This document shows, piece by piece, positions 8,744 to 15,947 of a stretch of 28,742 nt of DNA. Positions within the stretch are counted from its first letter, which is position 1. Every line of letters begins with the position of its first letter. The DNA lies in the IMG/VR virus record IMGVR_UViG_3300017716_000508, positions 1 to 28,742 of that record; one strand, written 5' to 3'. The notes under the pieces are model-generated. The model saw only the letters and a list, made by a program, of their open reading frames with translations. It made no database searches and had not been told where the DNA came from. The DNA is from a virus (taxonomy: Duplodnaviria; Caudoviricetes). Made by a program: the position numbers and the translations under genes.

Positions 8744-8946
8744 TGAAGCTGGTGAAAGACAACTATAGTTATAGGTGGGAAGACCCAAAAACTTCCTTTA
8801 ATTCCCCCGGTCACCCACGGCGTTGGTTTCATTGCAGAGAAGTAATAGTGCCAGAGGGTGCGGGGGGTAGAATTGTGACTGTATATAACGACGAAGTACA
8901 TGGGGTAAAAAATGAAACTAATAACTACGGCATCAATAACACATGA
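8740..8946 (+). CDS. hypothetical protein (68 aa)
   Basis: SD AGGAG, overlaps the nuclease stop; no motif recognised. Confidence 0.5.
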   Translation: MMKLVKDNYSYRWEDPKTSFNSPGHPRRWFHCREVIVPEGAGGRIVTVYNDEVHGVKNETNNYGINNT

Positions 8947-9082
8947 AGCGTTGAAAATACTTAATGACACATATGCAAAACAAAATAGAAAACAAATTGG
9001 TGGAAACGAGTACATCCACAATGTACAAAGGGAAGCGACTGCCAACAGTGCAGGAACTGCGGAGAAAAATTTACTCTTCTAA
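8912..9082 (+). CDS. hypothetical protein (56 aa; not in ORF track)
   Basis: Manual translation MKLITTASITHEALKILNDTYAKQNRKQIGG...KNLLF*; GGGGT upstream; ends before the SD of the HNH gene. Confidence 0.5.
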   Translation: MKLITTASITHEALKILNDTYAKQNRKQIGGNEYIHNVQREATANSAGTAEKNLLF

Positions 9083-9105
9083 CGAACTAATGCACGGAGA
9101 ACCAA

Positions 9106-9417
9106 ATGCCTTACGTGAACAAGCCAAGACCTTACAAGAAAGAGTACGAGCAAGAGAAGGCGAGGGGTGAACACCCTGACCGCATGGAGCGCCAACGTGC
9201 GCGTCGAGCGATGGACAAGAAGGGCACGGATGCTAACGGCAACGGTAAGGCAGACAAGCGTGAGGGTAAAGACATCGCGCATAAGAAAGCCCTATCTAAA
9301 GGTGGCAGTAACAAGGATGGCGTGACGGTTCAGTCAGCGTCAGCTAATCGTTCATTTAAACGTGCCGCATCCGGTGCGCTAGTATCAGAGACAAGCAAGC
9401 GAGAACGTAAGAAGTAA
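9106..9417 (+). CDS. small basic HNH-like protein
   Basis: RPYKKEY...RQRARR...GKDIAHKKALSKGGSN...SASANRSF fits the phage HNH beta-beta-alpha pattern; SD CGGAG. Confidence 0.78.
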   Translation: MPYVNKPRPYKKEYEQEKARGEHPDRMERQRARRAMDKKGTDANGNGKADKREGKDIAHKKALSKGGSNKDGVTVQSASANRSFKRAASGALVSETSKRERKK

Positions 9418-9427
9418 AGTTTTACTT
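9412..9427. promoter_or_regulatory. palindromic putative operator overlapping a -35 element
   Basis: AAGTAAA-GT-TTTACTT, a perfect 7-bp inverted repeat. Confidence 0.5.
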
Positions 9428-9454
9428 GACTTTAAAGATCGACTGCCGTAAGGT
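9426..9454 (+). promoter_or_regulatory. sigma70-like promoter for the helicase-SSB-primase operon
   Basis: TTGACT (9426-9431), 17-bp spacer, TAAGGT (9449-9454); intergenic. Confidence 0.65.
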
Positions 9455-9460
9455 GTGAGT

Positions 9461-9575
9461 AGGCGGGGTTTTTCCGCAAGGCTTTTTCCCCATAAACCGC
9501 ATCAGTTACTTAGTGCCACCCTTTCGCTGTAGTCATGGGCACGGATGTAACCGACTAACCCCCGCAAGGGGTCAC
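9461..9575 (+). ncRNA. putative structured RNA / 5' leader upstream of the SNF2 helicase
   Basis: Stems GCGG/CCGC or GGGG/CCCC capped by CC-GCAA-GG; TCAGTTAC/GTAACCGA enclosing GTGCC/GGCAC; CCCC-GCAA-GGGG. Folded by eye. Confidence 0.5.
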
Positions 9576-9597
9576 GTTAATTTATAGTGAGGCAAAA

Positions 9598-11178
9598 TTG
9601 AGTGATATTAAGTTTAAAGTCGTGGGCGACGCTGCCCTACAATACAAAGTACCAAACCCCGTAGCAGATGTGTTGCTCAACTATATCGACAAGTGCGAGA
9701 TGCTTGAACGAGGCGACACTGAAACCACACTGCTGACCTACTGGGGTCTCAAAGAATCTACCTTCCTTACGCAGACGATGGGCATACCGAACGTGCCTTC
9801 TCCTATGCTGCGTGACTACAAGTACCCCGGCCTGTACACACCGTTTGATCATCAACGTACAACTGCTGAGTTCCTCTCGACTAGACAACGCGCATTCTGT
9901 TTCAACGAGGCAGGTACAGGTAAGACTTCGTCTGTTATCTGGGCGGCTGACTACTTGATGTCGCAGGGCTTGGTCAAACGGGTGCTAGTGATCTGCCCTC
10001 TGACGATTATGTATTCAGCATGGCAAGCCGATGTGTTCAAGACAGCTATGCACCGCAGCGTGGGCGTAGCATATGGTCCTGTCGCTAAGCGTAAGAAGAT
10101 TCTAAATGGTGAGTACGACTTCATCGTCACTAACTATGACGGGGTTGGGATTCTTTTTGACGACATCAAGAACGGCGACTTCGATCTGATTGTTGTGGAC
10201 GAGGCGAACGCCTACAAATCTACAAGTACCGTGCGCTGGAAGGTGTTAGCTAAACTAGTTCAACCCCACACCCGCTTGTGGATGCTGACGGGAACACCTG
10301 CGTCACAGTCACCGCTTGACGCGTTTGGCTTAGCGCGTTTGGTCTCACCAGACAAGATTCCTAAATACGCTACAGCGTGGCGGGATAAAGTCATGAGTCA
10401 AGTCACACGGTTCAAGTGGGTTCCCAAACCTACGTCGAAGACTGACGTGTTTAAAGCACTGCAACCGGCGATTAGATTCTCAAAGGCAGACTGTCTTGAT
10501 CTACCAGAGGTGTTGTATCAGACAAGAGACATACCACTGACGCCACAAGCACAGAAATACTACACCCGTATCCGTGACGATATGTTGGTCGAAGCGGCGG
10601 GGGAACAGATAAGTGCAGTAAATGCAGCGGCGCGGCTTAGTAAGCTCTTGCAGATTTCAGGCGGCGCGGTGTACTCCGATGGTAAAGAAGTTGTTGAGTT
10701 CGATGTATCCCCACGACTCAGAGCGTTGGACGAGGTGCTAGATGAGACCGAGAATAAGGTCATCGTGTTCGTGCCCTTTACCCACACAATTGAGTTAGTG
10801 TCCCGACACTTAACTGAGAATGGCGTCGCCAACGAGATTATTAACGGAGCTGTATCTGCTGCTGGGCGGAGTCAAATCGTTAACAAATTTCAATCGTCAC
10901 CGACTCCACGGGTGCTAGTCATCCAACCTCAAGCTGCGTCACACGGTGTCACGCTGACCGCTGCCGACACAATCGTATTCTGGTCTCCTGTTATGAGTGT
11001 AGAAACATACATACAGTGCGTAGCCCGTATTGACCGCGTGGGTCAGAAGAATCGTATGACAGTGGTTCACTTACAAGGTTCAGATGTAGAGAAGCGGATG
11101 TACAAGATGTTGCAAGGCAAGGTGGATTCACATGAGCAGTTGATTGATCTTTATAAATCAGAATTAGGAATAGGGTAA
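9598..11178 (+). CDS. SNF2-family (SF2) helicase
   Basis: Motif I EAGTGKT, Ia VICPL, II VVDEAN, III LTGTP, V HGVTLT, VI QCVARIDRVGQ; TTG start with SD GAGG. Confidence 0.93.
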   Translation: MSDIKFKVVGDAALQYKVPNPVADVLLNYIDKCEMLERGDTETTLLTYWGLKESTFLTQTMGIPNVPSPMLRDYKYPGLYTPFDHQRTTAEFLSTRQRAFCFNEAGTGKTSSVIWAADYLMSQGLVKRVLVICPLTIMYSAWQADVFKTAMHRSVGVAYGPVAKRKKILNGEYDFIVTNYDGVGILFDDIKNGDFDLIVVDEANAYKSTSTVRWKVLAKLVQPHTRLWMLTGTPASQSPLDAFGLARLVSPDKIPKYATAWRDKVMSQVTRFKWVPKPTSKTDVFKALQPAIRFSKADCLDLPEVLYQTRDIPLTPQAQKYYTRIRDDMLVEAAGEQISAVNAAARLSKLLQISGGAVYSDGKEVVEFDVSPRLRALDEVLDETENKVIVFVPFTHTIELVSRHLTENGVANEIINGAVSAAGRSQIVNKFQSSPTPRVLVIQPQAASHGVTLTAADTIVFWSPVMSVETYIQCVARIDRVGQKNRMTVVHLQGSDVEKRMYKMLQGKVDSHEQLIDLYKSELGIG

Positions 11179-11182
11179 TGCT

Positions 11183-11587
11183 ATGAAAGACATGAATGAA
11201 TTAGTAGAAGCCTACTTGACTATTCGCAATGAGCGTGACAGGATAGAGGCAGAATTTAAAGAACGTGATCTTGCATTGAAGTCTGAGATGGTGGTGCTGG
11301 AACAAGCAATGCTGGCAGGGTGCAATGAAATGAAGGTCGAGAGTCTACGCACCAATAGCGGCACAGTTATTAAGTCATTGAAAGAAAGGTACACCTGTTC
11401 AGACCGCGATAACTTTAATAAGTTTGTGGTTGAACATGGCGCTGTTGAATTGTTTGAAGGTCGTATCCACCAAAGTAATTTTAAAGAATTCATTTCCGAA
11501 CGGCAGGATGAAGGATTGCCGCCCGGTGTGAACGTGATGCGTGAATTCACCATCACAGTTAAGAAGCCCACAGTTAAATTAAGTTAA
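11183..11587 (+). CDS. conserved phage replication-module protein (coiled-coil N-terminus)
   Basis: LVEAYLTIR...SLRTNSGT...LPPGVN; position between helicase and SSB-like gene. Confidence 0.75.
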   Translation: MKDMNELVEAYLTIRNERDRIEAEFKERDLALKSEMVVLEQAMLAGCNEMKVESLRTNSGTVIKSLKERYTCSDRDNFNKFVVEHGAVELFEGRIHQSNFKEFISERQDEGLPPGVNVMREFTITVKKPTVKLS

Positions 11588-11602
11588 TTAAAGGAAATAA
11601 CC

Positions 11603-12436
11603 ATGAGTACAGAACTCGCAACCCTTATTGCAAATAACCCAGCCCTCGTTCAGACCGGTCTCGATGCAGACACAATGGCAGTCGCTGGTGGTAGTGCCAA
11701 TCAAACTAAACGTCTGTCTTTAAAAGGCGGTGTGTTCCGTAAGATTGTTGGTGGCAAAGAAGTCGGTGCTATCGAAGACCGTCATATGAATGTTATCTTT
11801 GTGAAGATGGCACACAGCGCGTCGCGTCAGTGCTACGAGGGTACATATGAAGAAGGAAAAGTTACATCTCCCGTTTGCTGGTCTAACGACTCTAGCAAGC
11901 CTGACGAGGACGTTGAGAATCCTTGCGCTCCCTCGTGCGACATATGTCCGAATTCCGCCAAAGGTTCAAATGATTCTGGAGTTGGCGCGAAATGCAAACT
12001 GTCATGGCGTACCGCTGTCGTCCTCCCACAAGACCCAAGTGGTGACGTACTGGAACTCGTTATCCCCGCAGCATCGACTTTTGGCAAAGAAGAAAACGGT
12101 CGTTGGCCTTTCAAGTCCTACGTAGGAATGCTGGCTAGTAACAATATCGCAGCGTCCCGTGTAATTACCAAGATGCAGTTTGACACCAAGGTGCAGTTTC
12201 CTAAAGTGTTGTTCTCTCCATCAGGTGCAGTTGACCCTAACGACTACGAATCCGTAGCTGGACAAGGCAAGACTTCAGCGGCAGAGGCGGCTATCAAACT
12301 GACTGTGTACAAGAAGAAGGGCGAAGCGTTGCCCGACGTAGCAGCACCGGAGCCAGTAGTAAGAGAGTCTGCTAAGAAATCAACCGCTCAAGCAACCGAT
12401 GCTTCTGATGTAATTAAGAAGTGGACTAAGAAATAA
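11603..12436 (+). CDS. putative ssDNA-binding/annealing protein with Cys cluster
   Basis: SD AAGGA; KRLSLKGGVFR, CWSND, CDICP...C; placement in the replication module. Function is inferred. Confidence 0.6.
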   Translation: MSTELATLIANNPALVQTGLDADTMAVAGGSANQTKRLSLKGGVFRKIVGGKEVGAIEDRHMNVIFVKMAHSASRQCYEGTYEEGKVTSPVCWSNDSSKPDEDVENPCAPSCDICPNSAKGSNDSGVGAKCKLSWRTAVVLPQDPSGDVLELVIPAASTFGKEENGRWPFKSYVGMLASNNIAASRVITKMQFDTKVQFPKVLFSPSGAVDPNDYESVAGQGKTSAAEAAIKLTVYKKKGEALPDVAAPEPVVRESAKKSTAQATDASDVIKKWTKK

Positions 12437-12444
12437 GGAGAGCC

Positions 12445-12759
12445 ATGTCGCGCCCGTATAGTACGAAGTTCTTAAGTAGTCTGGACGATGCAGATGATAC
12501 CTACCGCATCGGCTACAGAGTGGCAAAGCTTTGCGTCAGTGCAAACCTACCTGCTAAGTATGTAGCTGAAGCGTTGGAAGTCTCACGCGCTACCGTTCAC
12601 AACTGGTTTCGCGGCGCGGTGTTGCGTGGTAAGAACGAAGATATAGCTTTGGCGTTCATCAGGCTTATAGAGAAAGACTTGGAGGCAGGAGTATTGCCAG
12701 CCAAGTCCGTGAAGGAAGCCAAAGCCTATATTGAGGACATGATAGGTAGGTCGATTTAA
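12445..12759 (+). CDS. Cro/CI-type HTH DNA-binding protein
   Basis: PAKYVAEALEVSRATVHNWFRG HTH; SD AAGGAG. Confidence 0.82.
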   Translation: MSRPYSTKFLSSLDDADDTYRIGYRVAKLCVSANLPAKYVAEALEVSRATVHNWFRGAVLRGKNEDIALAFIRLIEKDLEAGVLPAKSVKEAKAYIEDMIGRSI

Positions 12760-12760
12760 C

Positions 12761-12841
12761 GGGGAAAAGCGGATGCCGAATGCGCTATTAGGTAATAACC
12801 GAAGAGAAATCGTTCGGGGCTAAGGACGCAGCGAGTACCCC
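12761..12841 (+). ncRNA. putative structured RNA element upstream of the primase-helicase
   Basis: GGGG-AAAA-GC-GGA-TGC ... GCA-GC-GAGTA-CCCC outer helix with a loop-E-like GAA/AGUA internal loop; inner hairpins TATT/AATA and CCGAA-GA-GAAA-TC-G-TTCGG. Confidence 0.58.
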
Positions 12842-12852
12842 ACCCATTAACT

Positions 12853-12879
12853 AGGCAGGAGCAATCCTGCCTTTCTTGT
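12853..12879 (+). terminator. intrinsic terminator/attenuator-like hairpin just before the primase start
   Basis: AGGCAGGA-GCAA-TCCTGCCT (8 bp perfect) followed by TTCTTGT. Confidence 0.65.
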
Positions 12880-12889
12880 CTCTGCGGAT

Positions 12890-15769
12890 ATGATAAAACA
12901 ATTTTACGAGAAAGCATTGCCTTCGCAGGGCATCTACTGTGTGGCAAAGATAGACGGCAAACGCACCATACAGAGATTTGCGGAGTCCATAGATGATGTT
13001 GAAAATCTTGCAAGACAGTTTACGCTGGAAAAAGCTAACGTATACGTCGCACTTGCGTCCTTCGACGGTTATAGCCGCAAGGCAGAAGACGCGCAATTCC
13101 TACGTTCATTCTTCATCGACTTGGATGTTGGAGTATCAAAGGCACAAGCTGAACGTGGCTACGTATCTCAGCCCGAGGCGCATATTGCCTTACAAGCATT
13201 CTTGGCTAGAACAGAATTACCACCGCCGGTTATTCTTGATTCCGGCACAGGAGTACACGCCTATTGGTTATTCGATAGAGACATCCCTGCCAAAGAGTGG
13301 AAGCCCTACGCTGAGAAGTTCAAAGCGTATTGCCTTGAGAATGAATTACATATTGATCCGGTTGTCACAGCAGACGTGGCGCGGATCATGCGCTGTCCTG
13401 AGACGTTTAATTACAAGACTACACCACCTAGTAAGTGCGAAGTAATCAGTGACGAACTCCCTGTCTACTCGTTCGATGAGTTCAAAGAGTTTTTAGGCAT
13501 AGTAGAAGAGACGCCAGCAGAAATCCTCAAGAACCTGCCGAAAGGTTTGGACGAGGATACCAAGGCATTGATGAAGCTAGACAATCAGGAGACTTCCTTT
13601 GAAAAAATCGCTATCAGAAGTATTGAGGGTGATGGATGTGAACAGATCAAATGGGCAATTCAACATTCCACAACTCTACCAGAACCTCTCTGGACAGCAG
13701 CCCTATCCATTGCACAGCATTGTACAGACCGCGATGTCGCTATCCATAGACTATCAGAAGATTATCCCGGCTATGATGCGGCAGAGACGGAACGCAAAGC
13801 AACACTGCGTCAAGGAAAACCCTACTCCTGCACAGTCTTCGACAACGAGAACCCCGGTATCTGTGACACTTGCAAATATAAAGGCAAGTTCACCAATCCT
13901 CTCGCACTCGGACGAATCATCAAAGTTGCACAAGCGCCTAAAAAGGACGCAGTTCGGGAGTACGAGAATCCCCAAGATATTCCAGCAGACGTAATTCCTG
14001 ACCACCCACAGGCATTGTTTCCGTACTTCAGAGGCGAGAAAGGTGGTATCTACTTTCAGCCAGCGCCCAAGGTAGACAAGAAAGGTAAAAAGACAGAGTT
14101 CGACCCACAGCTAATTTACCCGCACGAGTTTTTCCCGATACGCCGAATGTACAGCAGGATAGATGGCGAGATTCTGATGATGCGCCTTCTGTTGCCGAAA
14201 GACCCGCCACGTGATTTTATGATCACTACCAGAAGCCTTAACGCAACTGACGAGTTTAAGAAGGCAATTGGCTTTATGGGGGTGGTGGGTGGCGTAGAAA
14301 AATTACAACACATAATGAGGTACGTAATGAAATGGGGACACTACTTGCAGACTCAGTCCGAAGCAGAACTGATGAACATGCAGATGGGATGGACAGAACC
14401 GGTAAGTGATACAGAGCGATTGGGCCGTTCGTATGTTCTCGGCAATGATTTAATTAAGTCAGACGGCAAGATCATACTAGCGCCTGCATCACCTGCTATT
14501 CAGAAGATTGCAAAGTACTTTAAACCAAAGGGTAGCTTTGAGGTATGGCGTGAGTGCGCTCAGCAATTGAACCGCCCGTCGATGGAGATGCACGCGTTCG
14601 GAACCTTGATAGGGCTTGGCTCACCGCTCATGCCTTTAACATCCACACCGGGCGCTGTCGTTAGTTATACAGGTAAATCAGGCAACGGTAAGACCGGCGC
14701 ACTGTACGCAAACTTGAGTGTGTGGAGTGATCCCGGTGGGGTTTCGGTTTTTGATGCTACAGATAATGGTTTGAATCAGCGGTACGTAACTTTGAAGAAC
14801 GCATCGTTCGGCGTCGATGAAGCACATGAACGTAAGATAGAAGAACTCAGCAAGATGGTTCACGCTATCTCGCAGGGTAAGGCTAAGATCAGGATGCAGG
14901 GGTCGATCAACGCTGAACGAGAGCATGAACTCTTAGCGTCGGCGATTGCCATGATGACGAGTAACGTGCCGCTGCTAGACATGATTATGTCCAAGAACGC
15001 TATGGCTACAGGACAGATGGCACGTATGATTGAGTTTCTTATAATGAAACCACAGCTATTAATAGACGAACCAGACTTTGGCCCCAAGGTCTTTGATCTG
15101 TTCAAGTACAACTACGGTCATGCAGGGCGTAAGATTATCCCTGCCTACTTCACAACGGGTGAGGTGGCGCTAAAGCAGATGGTGGACGAGTGGATTGCCC
15201 GATTTAAACGGGACTTTGGCAACGACGCGATTTACCGCTTTTACGAGAACATCGTCGGTACAACTATGACAAGCGGCATGGTAGCCAACGAGTTTGGCAT
15301 CATCAACTATGACCTAGAGCGCATTTATTCCAAGGTCTGTAGCGAGATGATCAATATCCGAGACAAGGTAGTAAACCTTGGCGAGACGGATTACTCATCG
15401 TTGGTCGGTGACTTTATTAATAAATACTACACAGGCATTCTTGGTATCAACGACGGCAAGGTCACGATGGAGCCGAGATCAAGTCTTGTAGGGCGTATTG
15501 ATATGGCAACGGGGCTTGTGTCTCTATCAACAACCGAGTTCAAGAAGTACTTGATTGAGAAGAGCGTTAGTTCACGGGAGTTCGAGCAGAACATGAGGGA
15601 GAAGAAAATACTGGTTGATGTAAAAAAATCCCGCTTGGACGCTGGTTGGAAGAACTCCCTGAACATACTCGACAAAAATATGAATGTGAACACCTATGTC
15701 TTTGCGACCGAAATCCCAGATACTTTCTTTGCCGCCGATGGACATGGAGCGGTTGACGGAGGAACCTGA
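12890..15769 (+). CDS. primase-helicase: AEP/RepB-like primase + Cys-rich region + DUF927-like/P-loop helicase
   Basis: FFIDLD, SGTGVHAYW, D..RIMR (AEP motifs); PYSC...CDTC; Walker A GKSGNGKT; Walker B FGVDE. Confidence 0.88.
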   Translation: MIKQFYEKALPSQGIYCVAKIDGKRTIQRFAESIDDVENLARQFTLEKANVYVALASFDGYSRKAEDAQFLRSFFIDLDVGVSKAQAERGYVSQPEAHIALQAFLARTELPPPVILDSGTGVHAYWLFDRDIPAKEWKPYAEKFKAYCLENELHIDPVVTADVARIMRCPETFNYKTTPPSKCEVISDELPVYSFDEFKEFLGIVEETPAEILKNLPKGLDEDTKALMKLDNQETSFEKIAIRSIEGDGCEQIKWAIQHSTTLPEPLWTAALSIAQHCTDRDVAIHRLSEDYPGYDAAETERKATLRQGKPYSCTVFDNENPGICDTCKYKGKFTNPLALGRIIKVAQAPKKDAVREYENPQDIPADVIPDHPQALFPYFRGEKGGIYFQPAPKVDKKGKKTEFDPQLIYPHEFFPIRRMYSRIDGEILMMRLLLPKDPPRDFMITTRSLNATDEFKKAIGFMGVVGGVEKLQHIMRYVMKWGHYLQTQSEAELMNMQMGWTEPVSDTERLGRSYVLGNDLIKSDGKIILAPASPAIQKIAKYFKPKGSFEVWRECAQQLNRPSMEMHAFGTLIGLGSPLMPLTSTPGAVVSYTGKSGNGKTGALYANLSVWSDPGGVSVFDATDNGLNQRYVTLKNASFGVDEAHERKIEELSKMVHAISQGKAKIRMQGSINAEREHELLASAIAMMTSNVPLLDMIMSKNAMATGQMARMIEFLIMKPQLLIDEPDFGPKVFDLFKYNYGHAGRKIIPAYFTTGEVALKQMVDEWIARFKRDFGNDAIYRFYENIVGTTMTSGMVANEFGIINYDLERIYSKVCSEMINIRDKVVNLGETDYSSLVGDFINKYYTGILGINDGKVTMEPRSSLVGRIDMATGLVSLSTTEFKKYLIEKSVSSREFEQNMREKKILVDVKKSRLDAGWKNSLNILDKNMNVNTYVFATEIPDTFFAADGHGAVDGGT

Positions 15770-15947
15770 GTGGATTTTCCCATATGACTATATGGCAGTG
15801 GGGGATAGCTTCTTTATCCCTACACTACGCCCTGCCCAGATGAACTACGCGGCGGATATCGCCGCCAAGAAATCCCGCATCAAGGTAAAGATTTATACCT
15901 GTGAGCGGGAGGGGCATCTGGGAATTAGGGTATGGCGTACAGCTTAA
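15738..15947 (+). CDS. small putative DNA-binding protein (FP...MxVGDSFFIP family)
   Basis: WIFPYDYMAVGDSFFIP...GIRVWR motif; start chosen at ATG 15738 (15744 is also possible). Confidence 0.72.
   Translation: MDMERLTEEPEWIFPYDYMAVGDSFFIPTLRPAQMNYAADIAAKKSRIKVKIYTCEREGHLGIRVWRTA

Noticed and set aside
8964-9170. ORF-track 68-aa ORF
   Set aside because: No clear SD, and it overlaps the HNH gene by 65 nt; the 8912-9082 frame fits the operon better.
9461-9575. tRNA or tmRNA in the intergenic structured regions (also 12761-12841)
   Set aside because: No cloverleaf with T-loop GTTCRA in the right context and no acceptor stem/CCA arrangement.
8084-9600. CRISPR array or mini-array near the Cas4-like gene
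   Set aside because: No direct repeats with spacers were found; the nearby non-coding DNA has inverted, not direct, repeats.
10195-10212. DEAN instead of DEAH in helicase motif II as a sign of inactivation
   Set aside because: The catalytic DE and all other motifs are intact; the fourth position varies in phage SNF2-like helicases.
6187-15769. Inteins or introns in polymerase, helicase or primase
   Set aside because: ORFs are continuous, with normal motif spacing and no intein C/S...HN or LAGLIDADG signature.
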